Origin: Phyllosticta citribraziliensis | Taxonomy: Eukaryota | Assembly (NCBI RefSeq): GCF_038025025.1 | Contig: NW_027117338.1 | Span: 1,984,001-2,048,000, forward strand | Length of the DNA stretch: 64,000 nt | Reading direction: 5' to 3' | Shown here: in pieces, positions 12,568 to 23,337 of the stretch | Numbering within the stretch: the stretch's first letter is position 1 | How the letters are laid out: the number at the start of each line of letters is the position of its first letter | Program-made: the position numbers and the translations under genes | Notes under the pieces: generated by a model | Databases searched by the model: none | What the model saw: the letters and a program-made list of their open reading frames with translations, nothing else | Told to the model about the DNA's origin: nothing

Positions 12568-13192
12568 TTTGCTTGTCAGTGTCTGGTGGTGAGAGTAGAA
12601 ACAGTTTGTGCTTATGGGAGATCGAGCACTTTATGTTGCGCGGCGGCAGTTATCTTCTTAGCTTGCGCGGGGGAACGCGAGCGGCATCGCAGCCCGCGTC
12701 GCTAGCGGGCTGATCCTATCACCATTCCGGAACTGAAATAAGGGTCTATAGATAAATGTAAAGTATGGGACCGTCGTTTTTTGACAGGGTCTTGATGGCT
12801 CGACTATTCTTGTTCCTCCAACGAATACAGATTCCATTGCACACGCAAACCATGATAGTTTCCATTGATCCTTGCCTCTACGTCCTTCGCTCACGGCCTT
12901 TGATGCATACCCAGTCCGAATCGCGAGGCAGCGCCAAAGAACCAAAGGCACGAAGTCTGGGCGGGAATGAGCGGCGGATAGTGACGGTATAGCGGCTAGC
13001 GCACCTGCAGGCGGGTGCTGCACCGGGCGCTGCAATCGAGGGTGAGTTGAGCTCTTCCAGGAAATGGTTACTCAGGCTTCCTTCGCTAACCCGCCAATAG
13101 CCCTGTGACGCATCCATGCCGGGGCTCTTCCGCCTCTCCGGTCTCTGGAGTCCGTTATCCTATCGCAACCTCAAATCCCCGGCTTTCGCAAC

Positions 13193-13906
13193 ATGGCCTT
13201 GACACGATCAATATGTCATTCCTGCCTTCGCTCGATCCACGCCGCTGCGCCCACCCGTCCGCGAGCCACATGCACCACCGCCGCTGAAGCCCGCCGCGCC
13301 TTCGCATCGCTGTCGAGATCCGCCACCTCCAGAGTATCCCCGCTCCACGCCTCACCACGCGATGACGCCCTCAGTCGTCGCATTTCACTACGACAGTCGG
13401 TGAGATCGCGCATCCTGCGCCGCTCCTCCATAACTCGACCATTCTCGTCATCACTGTCGCGGCGTGCGGCAATCCTCAATCCTCGCCAGGATGAAGATGG
13501 CAACGAGATGATATTAGAAATCACACCCCGCGCGGCCCATGTACGAACCTCCAACAACACCATCTCGGAACCCACGCTAACACATATGCAGAGACTAAAG
13601 CAAATCATGGAAAATGACAAGAATCCCGATCTCCTCCTCCGCATCACGGTCGAATCGGGTGGCTGCCACGGTTTTCAATACCTCATGTCTGTCACAGACA
13701 TGTCCCAAGTATCGCAAGAAGAAGACACGATATTTGAGGGCGATCACGGCGCTCGGGTTGTGCTGGACGAGTCCAGCCTGGAAATACTAAAGGGCAGCAA
13801 GGTGGATTACACGATGGAGCTGATTGGGAGCCAGTTCAAGATTGTGGACAATCCGGCAGCCAGCAGCAGCTGTGGATGCGGGACGAGCTTTGATATCAAA
13901 ATGTAG
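13193..13906 (+). CDS. ISA2: Mitochondrial A-type Fe-S cluster assembly protein Isa2, intron 13541-13591
   Basis: Arg/Ser-rich presequence, LRITVESGGCHGFQY and C-terminal SSCGCGTSF motif. Confidence 0.93.
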   Translation: MALTRSICHSCLRSIHAAAPTRPRATCTTAAEARRAFASLSRSATSRVSPLHASPRDDALSRRISLRQSVRSRILRRSSITRPFSSSLSRRAAILNPRQDEDGNEMILEITPRAAHVRTSNNTISEPTLTHMQRLKQIMENDKNPDLLLRITVESGGCHGFQYLMSVTDMSQVSQEEDTIFEGDHGARVVLDESSLEILKGSKVDYTMELIGSQFKIVDNPAASSSCGCGTSFDIKM

Positions 13907-14305
13907 AAATACCCCAAGAGTCATTGTACAGCATAAGGCGGCGCAAGACTTCTGTGCTGAATTTGTAATCTATGCGACCAGATTGGTCAAAGAACCTGTA
14001 TCTTCCCTCAGACAACGTGATGGAGCGCAAATTTGCCAATAGCCATAGCAAGTCAATTGAAGAGACTGCAAAACACGGTCCAGAAACCCTTGGTGACGCA
14101 ACAGATGGGGAACAAATCCGACGAATGAAGTGTCGCGTGTATAATGTTCTGGCTTGGCTCCTGAGGCATCATCCTTGCTTAGTCACGCTGACGGAATAAT
14201 GACGGGCCGATCCACAAACGAAAACCACATTCAGTCCACCAAGTCCTCTCTTCTGCAGCGACGACAAGATACCAGCCGACCCTCACCCCTCCGGCCACAT
14301 CCATC

Positions 14306-15051
14306 ATGCCTACTCGCGCTACCAAGACCCGCAAGCTGTAAGCTTTCCGATTGCTCTCGGCGACCTCGACTGCACCTGGATCGACGCAATGTCTTGAGGA
14401 CCTTCACCGCCAGGAGAAAATGATCCACTCGAAATTCTCCAAGGACACCAAAAGACTTGCGGCGCAACCAGCGCAGCGCGAATGGCCCAAACATCACCTC
14501 GGAATACTGCTAATACATCCTCTTCAGTCGCGGCCACGTCTCGGCCGGTCATGGTCGTATCGGCAAGCACCGCAAGCATCCAGGTGGTCGCGGTATGGCC
14601 GGTGGTCAGCACCACCACAGGACCAACGTCGACAAGTACCACCCTGGTTACTGTAAGTCCACCAGCTTGAACGCTTCGACTTCAAAAAGCTAACGCCCCA
14701 CACAGTCGGTAAGGTCGGTATGCGCTACTTCCACAAGCAGCAGAACCACTTCTGGAAGCCCGTAAGTCTACTCCAAAACATCACCGACCATGCGCCTCAT
14801 CTAACACGCCGCAGGTGATCAACCTCGACAAGCTGTGGTCCCTCATCCCCGCCGAGAAGCGCGACGAGTACCTCAAGGCCAAGAGCACCGAGAAGGCCCC
14901 CGTCCTCGACCTCCTCCCCCTCGGCTACTCCAAGGTCCTCGGCAAGGGCCGCATCCCCCAGGTCCCCATCGTCGTCCGCGCCCGCTACGTCTCCGCTGAG
15001 GCCGAGCGCAAGATCAAGGAGGCCGGTGGCGTCATCCAGCTCGTCGCTTAA
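14306..15051 (+). CDS. RPL28: 60S ribosomal protein uL15 (L28/L27a); exons 14306-14337, 14528-14651, 14706-14761, 14815-15051
   Basis: [44 protein letters not shown]...[15 protein letters not shown]...INLDKLWSL...KIKEAGG, with strongly biased C-ending codons. Confidence 0.97.
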
Positions 15052-18000
15052 ATCTCTTTCCCTCTCACGACAACAACACGAAAAATGGACGGATAGGATA
15101 CCACACAAAAAGGGACAAGCAGGAAGGGTCAGGCATGTGTAGGGCTTGCTCGCATCGCGTAACTGCTGCGGCGGCTCTTGCAGCGTGGTGGCTGGGGAAT
15201 GCATTCAGATAGACAATGAATCATTCCCGAACAAACCATTTCAACTTCCCATCATTCGGCTTCGTTGATGAGACGGGGGATTGCATTTTGCAACCCTTTT
15301 GTTGCGGCGCTTGTGCCCAAATGACGGCGCCCTCAAGGTAAGACATGCCTTTAACGTGCACGTGAGGCTTTTCATACCTTGCCTGTGACTGTGATTGAAT
15401 TATGTGACTACTACTTGTAGGCGATGAGCGAAGCCATGCAGGAACCATGATGATATTCCTGTCAGCCTCGTTCTGTTTCACGTGAAGCGTAGGCAAGGCT
15501 TTAAGAGAAAGAGCAGTTTAAGCATGAAAAGAAATGTAAAATCGATTGAGCAAAAACCATACCTTGGCACCCAACCAATCTCACTACTCTGTGATCAGGC
15601 ACTGTTCTCGTCCTTCGTCAACTGTATGTCACGAGGCTTTCGCCCGCCTTCTTCTGACCCTTTTGCTTCTCTGAGTCCCAAAGTCTTCCATCACCGTCGC
15701 TCCGACGGCGTCGGTCTTCTCGTCAACACAGTATCAACTCGATGAAATGGAAGGACCTCGTCCCACGGGTCACCCGGCTCATTCACAGGCAGCGCTGCTT
15801 CAAGCGAACATGCAAACAAATCGCTGTCGAGACAGTTAGACAGCTGGTTTATGCACAATCACGCTGAGAGACATGCCTCTACAAGTGCCGTCGTGTCTTC
15901 TTTCCATCGAATATCTCACGAACCAACCACGGCACTTCAACCACATGCGTGGCGTTCCTGCATCAGCGGCGGCGGGCCACTGACGGGCAACCAAAACCGG
16001 CGACACACGACCGACTCTATCCGTCGGTGGCTGGACCGTCTGGCTGCCCTCCCGTATTCGTGCCTGCCCGTCCTCCCACCACCATCCTTCGGCAGTCGAC
16101 CATCGGCACTTGTGCGCGTTGGTGGTGTGGTGCCTGGCTGGATCCGTGGTCTGCCTTGAGTGCTTTTACGATGAGCTCGCGGTATCTACGCGTCCAGCCA
16201 TCTGCCTACTGCTTGTGAGGGGCGCGTGATAGGCGCGCGCTGAGAGACAAGACTTGAACGAGACTTGGGCATTGGCAATGATTCTCGCGGTGTCGTCAAG
16301 GATTGGAAAGCACACTTGGGCTATGTACAATTCCCTGACGTAGCGGGCACTTCAAGACACGCGAGCAGAGGCTTCAAAGCAGGGGCTCGACCACCACCTT
16401 GCCAGCCGGCTTCTTGGATCCGCCGTCTTGTTGCTTGAATCGCAGCAGTTGGGGAAGAATCGTGGTCAGCGGGACTCTCTGTTGTAAGTGATTGCTACTG
16501 GCCGGCGCTATGTTTCGGGTTCTGTGGAAGTAGAGAAGCTTGTGTTTCTTTTTGGGACCTCGGGCAGATCGTGGCGCGTTGGTTGGGTGGAACACCGGCC
16601 ATAAGCGGTCGTTTTTTGCAGCGTTTGCTGGATCTCAATGAGTCGAGCAGGGAACAAAGGCACTGAACGCTGAGTTGCTGTTTGCTGGCCTCTTGCTTAG
16701 TCGATCTCTTGCTCTGGCCAGTTCTTTCGATTTGAAAGCTGCGGCAGCGTGGCTGACATGCACGAGACGTTTACTCTTGGAGTTAGTTGCAATGGCAATG
16801 GCAGCAATTCGAGACACTTCGCAGTGACGATCGCGAGTAGCATTGTCCACCACCCGAAGAGACGCAGTGAGCAAGAGCAAGCGACTCCCGTGCTATACCG
16901 GCCGATCTCCCGTCTCCACGACGTGTCGCAATGCACGGCTGCACATCTGTAGCGTCCGGGCGCCTTCGGGACGCTTCACTGCTTCCAGAATCGACCGAGC
17001 AAAAGGGCCGGCAGACAAGCAAATAGGCTCCTGAGCCTCCCCCGCACACCCAAGACAATTCTGTGGGGAAGCCTGTCGGCGATGATGGTGTCGCGCCGAC
17101 TGGTTGGCTAATGGTGTGGCTCAAGCTTTGCTGCAGGAGTCAGTTCAAAGTCTCTTCCGGGGAGATAAACGGCGGTGCAGCATACATGCATCGCTCCCAT
17201 GCTACAGAGACAAGACTGCTGGCGCGCGCGGGTCGAAAGAACCGCGTGTCTTGTTTTCTTGTTCCCACTCATGACTGTTTGTAAGTAGACGTGGTTGGTT
17301 AGGCGCATCAATTGGGCTTGGTACCTGGCCCTGTGACACTTGATTAGCGTTTTCAAGAGCACCGACGTCCGGGAATCGAATTTGGCTTTAAGGTCCGGAG
17401 ATCCTGTGGCCATTTGGCACTTTGATAGGAGCTGTGCCACCACCAGAATCTTGTGGTGTGCAGACTCAATCTGGGATGGTGCGGCTCCTTCTTTGGCCTG
17501 GGCGGCAGTTTGACTTGCTTTGAGCAAATCCACCTGCGATTGCCTTACTTCTTCGCCATCTTTGGGTCCCGCAAACCTGTCGTCAACCTCTGTACGAATG
17601 ACCTTCTTTCTATGACTGTATTTTTTCGTGATTAGATGTCGGAGGAAACGTTTGGACTGGGAGCTTTCGACGAGTGTCGGTCACGCGTGCCATGATTGGG
17701 CTGCGGAGAAGGTTGGGCAACGAGACGAGTCCTTCGGCAGTTGACCCAAGTGCCGTGTTCTTGCGTGAAGATGGCGGACGTATCCGATTTGACGTCAAGG
17801 TGAACAGCGACCGACTTGATGGGGGGCGCAGCAGGGGGAGTGGTTTAGAATGCGGGGGAGCAGCGGTGGTCCTGTCCGGGTGGGAAGAGTCGCAGGGTGG
17901 CACGTGGAGTTTGGGAATCTGGGGAACCCGCTCGCTTGCCCATCCGCTTCCGACTTCCCCACACTCGATGGCTTTTTCACAACCGCCGTCTCCGGTCCTC

Positions 18001-19024
18001 AACGCGTGATCTCCACGGCCGCCAGATCAGTTTCCGACAGCTCGTCCCAGCAGCGTGCGAGTGTACCCAAGGACATGTTTCTTGTCGCGTCGACGTCAGG
18101 CCGGCTCGCCTGCCAAGAGCATCGCGACAAGCTGAAGAAAACATCTCTGACATGACGCCAAAGGTTACGGGCGATGCTATACAAAGCAACTGGATTTCAA
18201 GCTTTCCAAAAGAAGAAGCAAATTTCTTTTGGACACGGTGCGCTTTCAGCTCGCCTCAGGTCCAAAACGCCGGGGATTCTCAACTCAAGACTGGCGGCTC
18301 CATGACCCCTGTCGTCGAAGCTTTCCTTGGAGCTGTGCGCAAGGATGGCCGTCTTCTTCGACAGAAGCAAGAAGTCCCAAGAGCTGGGCTTAACCACGAC
18401 AGGCAGGCGCCGCTTTGCCTGTTCTGCCCGAGCGTTTCGAAAGCCCCGAGCCACACTTCATCTCTCTGCTACGACTGGGCAACTCAACTGCCGACTATAT
18501 TGCAACTGCCGATTACCGCAGTAGGGCCAACTCAAAGTTGCTGATGGCGCACACTCACAGGGGAAGTGGCCTGGAACCAGTTCGTTAGCCCCGCAGATAT
18601 CTCCAACCCCGCAGACCCAATGCCCTGTTTGGTCCGGACGGAGCGATCGAGCTGCACGTCCAACTGCAGCGTCTGCATGTATGAGCGTCAAGTGCGACTT
18701 GTCAATCTCGTCACCTCTAGTACCGTTGAACGATCGCGTGGGGGCGCCAAACGCGTGCTTTTACCCCAGGATCTATGCAGATCAAGCGGAGAAGAGTTTA
18801 GGGCAAATTGGTCGACAGGGTCCTAAACCCCCAGATTGGTCGGAGCGCACCTGGTATTATAGGATGCCCCTGTCTATTCCGCCGTCCGGAGAGCTGTCCA
18901 TTGGCGGCAGTCCTAACACTGCCGTCTTGGAACCAGCAATGTTTATATAGACCAGCAAGGCCCTTTCCCGAATCTCACAAAGAGCTTGGCCCTGACCTCC
19001 ATTGTTGGCACACCGTGGTCCAAC

Positions 19025-21008
19025 ATGCAACCAGACCAAACAGACGACCGGATTCTCGACAATGACTCCAAACCCGAGGTCGAACGCTTCGAGGTTGTGT
19101 CCTCCTCCTCCAATGTTCCGTTGGATGGGACCGAGGATGGAAAGGTGTCGATGTCAACCATCGTAGCTGTCTTTGTAAGTCCAGAGGGAGTCACAGCAAG
19201 AGCAAGTTTTGACCATCTGCGGACAGTTTCTCGGGCTTTCTTTCACTGGACCAATCGGTTGCGGTTATACTCTGGTCGCAGGAATCACGCATCAAATCGG
19301 CGCCGCGCTTGGAAATTTGCAGGACATGGTCTGGGTCGCAGGTGGATGGTCGATTGCATCTGCTATTGGGTTCGCTGTCGCCGGTGGCCTGAGTGACATC
19401 TTTGGACGTCGCTGGGTGATTCTTTACGGCAATATGCTCTCAGTTGTTGGTGCTGTGAGTCTTCTCCGTGCGCAAACCTCCGCGAAGACGCTCTTGCTAA
19501 TGGAGGTAAGATTGTCGCTGGCACAGCCGACAAAGTGAATCAAGTGATAGCAGGCTCAACCCTTGTTGGTGCAGGCGCTGGAATGATCTTTGTCGGATAC
19601 CCGGGAATTTCAGAAATTCTGCCTAACAAATATCGGTACGCCCTCCTCTATCCTTCTAAATGCTCGGCTTAGCTGACGAAAGATAGTGGGATTGGACTTG
19701 GATGGACAGAATTTTGCATCAATATCCCATGGGCTAGCTTCAGCGTCATCATAGGCCAGAAACTAGCGAGCGAGGCCACATGGCGTTGGTGCTACTGTGA
19801 GTATCCCCTAACGGTCAGATACCTCGTGGCTTACAAAACTAGACGTTGCGATCATGTACTCCACGATTTCTCTCGTTGGATGCGCCATCTTCTACTTTCC
19901 CCCGACCCGGCCACGCAATGACTTCGACAAGTCTCGCTGGCAAGAATTCAAAGAGTTGGACTTCATTGGTCTCTTCATGTTCACCGGAGGACTCACCATC
20001 CTGCTCGTCGGATTCACTGAGCTGGGTAAGCCTAGTTACAACAAGTCTCTTGTCGCCTCTACGATCGCCGTTGGAGCAGTCATGTTCATCGGTTGCTTCG
20101 GCTACGAGTGGACGGTTGCTCCCAATCCTTTGTTCCCCTTCCACCTCTTCAAAATGGTACGCAAGTTTACGATGCTCCTCCTCGTCAGCTTTGTGGCTGG
20201 GTTCGTGTGGTACTCGATGGCAGCCTTGCTCCCGCAAGCTTCGCTCTACATGTATACCAAGGATCCGACTGAAATCGGCGTAATTGCTATCCCGAACGGA
20301 ATCAGTCTGGTCGTTGGTGGCTGGATCATTCCCTCCTTGTTGCAGTACATCAAGCGTATTCGCGGTCAATTCATTGTGGCCATGTTCGTTCAAACGCTCT
20401 TCACTGCTCTCTACGCCGCAGTCATCCCCAACCACAAGGGCGCTTGGATGACGTTCCAATTCTTCGGCCAAGGATGCTTCACCTGGATCACGACAATTGC
20501 GTACATCGCTGCCGGCCTTGAAGTCCCACAAAAGGACCTTGGAGTCGCTTCTGGTCTCATCGGCACATTCCGGTCTGCTGGAGGCTCTTTCGGCAACTCC
20601 ATCTTCAATACCATCCTGAATAGCGTCATCAATAGCGACCTGGGAGGCAACATTGCGAGCGCCGCCATATCTCGCGGTTTCCCGGCAGACAGGGTCGAAG
20701 GACTTGTTCCTGTGGTCATTCAAGCAGAGTCGGGTGTCCCTGGCGCACCTCAGATGTTGGCGCGGATGGACGGCGTCACGCCCGCGGTCATGGCCGCCAT
20801 AGCCGACACGGTCAAGAACACCTACGCCAAGGCTTTCCGGATGGTCTTCTACGCCAGCATTCCCTTTGGGGTGATCGCTTTGATTGGATCGTTTTTCATC
20901 CACGATTCGAGTGATAAACTTACGAACCACGTCGCTGTGCAGCAGGAGAAGGAGGTACTGTCGGGCAAGACGAATGATCCAAAGAAGCGTATGAGCCAGA
21001 TGGGATAG
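19025..21008 (+). CDS. MFS transporter of the TRI12-like (fungal 14-TM efflux) family, about 4 introns in the 5' part
   Basis: MFS motif A-like GGLSDIFGRRW, SEILPNKYR, WRWCY, FYFPP, LDFIG, DLGVASGLIGTFRSAGG and YAKAFRMVFYASIPFG, with many hydrophobic helices. GT-AG introns start at 19175, 19454, about 19635 and about 19797. Confidence 0.85.
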
Positions 21009-21653
21009 GGTTCAAAGGGAAGTGATTGTTTTATTCTCGTTCCCTAGCTCCTGACTCTCGTGCCTGGGCACTCCATATTGCTTGGTATTTGCGCGATGTT
21101 TTTGGCCGCGGTCCTCTAGATGTACATTTGGCTTTTGCAAGAAAGCTGGTTTGTCCCTGTGCGCGATGCCTGTATGCCGCCTTGTATCTGAAGATGAATT
21201 TTGCGCGGGCGAAATTTCGAAATTGATGTCAATGATGATCCCAACCAGTTGCAAAAGGGGTTGATTGCGGAGACAACGATGAATAGCGAAGGCTGAAGCA
21301 ACTCGAAGCAGAACAAAGAAGACAGTGTCAAACTAATCCAAGAAACATCGAGATCTCCCTGTTCCCACGTTTTGCGACTTGGCTCTCAAGTTCATAGAAA
21401 CATAGGCCAGGGTTCACCTTGACTCCTTCGCTCACGCTGTCGACATTCGCCATACCCACCTTCCACTTAGTTGCGTCAACAAGAGTCTCTGGTGACTTGG
21501 CTGCGAGAATCAGCCCACGGGGCGCTTCCTTCCAGGCAGGCCGCCAGTGCACCATGTTCTTTCAGCCTTGAATCGTTCGACCCTTCAGCTAGGTTACATT
21601 GGCAAGCAAGACAGAAGACTTGGGGGACTCAAGTATCCCGCCACCTCTTCCTC

Positions 21654-21683
21654 ACCGCAACCGCAACCGCAACCACAACCACG
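21654..21683. repeat. (ACCGCA/ACCACA)n hexamer microsatellite
   Basis: accgca accgca accgca accaca accacg read directly. Confidence 0.75.
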
Positions 21684-21760
21684 GAACGACGCACCCCGCT
21701 ACCAACCAACACCACCAGCAAAACAAAAGGACAAAAAGAGACGGCAAAAACAGCTCCAGT

Positions 21761-21838
21761 CAGATCGGCCAGGAGTTGAACCTGGGACTTGCCGTGGATG
21801 CGATGTTTACTCACGACATGCATTACCGCCACCGATCC
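21761..21838 (-). ncRNA. tRNA-like Pol III-type element (atypical tRNA or tRNA pseudogene; identity not assignable)
   Basis: Minus strand reads GGATCGG TG GCG-GTAA-TGC A TGTCGTG-AGTAAACATCGCATC-CACGGCA AGTC CCAGG-TTCAACT-CCTGG CCGATCT G. This gives a 7-bp acceptor stem, a perfect T arm with B box GGTTCAACTCC, and a T5 run 10 nt downstream (21746-21750). Confidence 0.7.
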
Positions 21839-22494
21839 ATAAATGTTTGTATATGGCACTGTATAGGGGGTTAGCGGTTGCAATACATAATATACCAATT
21901 ATTTCTCCCGTCGCCTTTATGTATTTCGCTCATGCGCAAAAGAAGCTAGTGGCTTGCCTTTAATAATCCAAGCTTGAATACCCCCAAGCCATGTCCAAAT
22001 CCAACTTGCTACTCAATTGTGTTGCACGAGAACGCACTTCCTCGCTGTATTTTGTGGAAAACAGTGGTGGAGGGAGTAGAGGCGGCGTCGAGGTGTCCAA
22101 GTAATTGAGTGACATTTCACGAAATTAATTGATTGACTGATTGGCTGGCAAGGTAGGAACACGCGTATATCCTGTTGACCTGGACTCAAGAGCCTCCGCG
22201 CAGGGTACCTGCCGCCCAAATTTTGCGAGTCAAGAACGGGGAGCATTCGCGCAAGCTCCCGTGAGTTGGACGACGGCTAACTGGGAGCGTTTGAAAACGC
22301 GCTGCGCGGCGAGTTGAAGACCTTTCATGATTGGCCCATTGAGGCTTCCTTGGGCTTTTGCCTCGGACACAAACACGCTCGGCTCTCGAATCTCTGGTGA
22401 CCACGGAAGTCTGTTTCAAGAAGGAGATGAAGCTGGCGCCGAATGATTTCTGATTTTTCTTTTTCCTTCGAGGCTCCGCAGGACACCGGACTTT

Positions 22495-23337
22495 TTATTC
22501 TTCAGGGTAGACCATCTTCTTGGTAACACCGCCATCAACGACAATCTCCTGCCCGTTGACGAATTTGCTGGCGCTCAAAAATTCGACTGCCCGGAAGATA
22601 TCCTCGACCTTGCCGACCCTGCCACTCCAATGCCACTCGTGGTCCTCCTTGCTCAAGCCTTCCTCCCATCTCGTCCCCTTCTCGTCCGCCTCCTTGCACT
22701 CGTCGCTCACGTTGATCCACCCAGGCAAAACGGCATTGCACGTGATGCCCATGGGCGCGAGACTGCACGCCAGCGCGTGCGTTAGGCCGAGCAAGCCGGC
22801 CTTTGTGCTGGCGTAGCCTTCAGAGTTGGGCTCCGACTGCTTGGCGCGCGTGCTGCTCATGTAGATGATGGAGCCGCCGGCATCGTCGGCGTGCCTGTTT
22901 TTGCTGCCGCCACTACCGCCTTTGCGCAGCAGCGGGATGCACAGTTGCGACAGCAGCATCGGCGCCGTCAGGTTCGTCTCGACCTGCGCATTCCAGTCTT
23001 CGAGCGACAGGTCCTCGAAGCCTACGCTGCCCACGAAGCCCGTGGCTGCCGCGTTGTTGATCAGCACATCAAGGTGGCCGTCGAAAAAGGCTGACGCGCG
23101 CGCCACGGCTGCGCGGATGTCGCCCGGTTGCCGCAAATTTGTCAAGTGTGCTGAGAAGGCGTCATTCCTGGCGGCTGAGATGGACGCCAGGTGTTTTGTC
23201 GTCGTGTGGTTGAGCTCTTCGGTGTTGTTGTCGATGAGGAAAACGCGATGCCCGCGTTGCAGCAGTAGCCGCGACAGTCCCCGACCAATGCCTCGAGCCG
23301 CGCCGGTGATGAGGAAGTTGAGAGGTTGCGATGCCAT
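22495..23337 (-). CDS. Classical short-chain dehydrogenase/reductase (intronless)
   Basis: TGAARGIG cofactor motif, LINNAA, YASTK catalytic motif, PGWI, and C-terminal VDGGVTKKMVY. Confidence 0.92.
   Translation of the reverse strand: MASQPLNFLITGAARGIGRGLSRLLLQRGHRVFLIDNNTEELNHTTTKHLASISAARNDAFSAHLTNLRQPGDIRAAVARASAFFDGHLDVLINNAAATGFVGSVGFEDLSLEDWNAQVETNLTAPMLLSQLCIPLLRKGGSGGSKNRHADDAGGSIIYMSSTRAKQSEPNSEGYASTKAGLLGLTHALACSLAPMGITCNAVLPGWINVSDECKEADEKGTRWEEGLSKEDHEWHWSGRVGKVEDIFRAVEFLSASKFVNGQEIVVDGGVTKKMVYPEE

Noticed and set aside
13094..13113. HapX/CBC bipartite iron-regulation site upstream of ISA2
   Set aside because: CCAAT is present but the downstream submotif does not fit the expected spacing; too weak to call.
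14600..14620. Cycloheximide-resistance allele of RPL28 (CYH2 Gln site)
   Set aside because: The sequence encodes wild-type GGQHHH.
21232..21296. Possible C/D box snoRNA (ATGATGA ... TTGA ... CGATGA ... CTGA)
   Set aside because: No terminal stem and no rRNA-complementary guide that I can recognise. It lies just downstream of the MFS stop and such short boxes occur by chance.
21761..21838. Selenocysteine tRNA interpretation of the tRNA-like element
   Set aside because: Acceptor plus T stems total 12 bp rather than 13, there is no long variable arm or extended D stem, and no TCA anticodon.
19025..23337. Secondary-metabolite gene cluster around the TRI12-like MFS and SDR
   Set aside because: No backbone enzyme (PKS, NRPS, terpene cyclase) or cluster-specific Zn2Cys6 regulator is present in the window.
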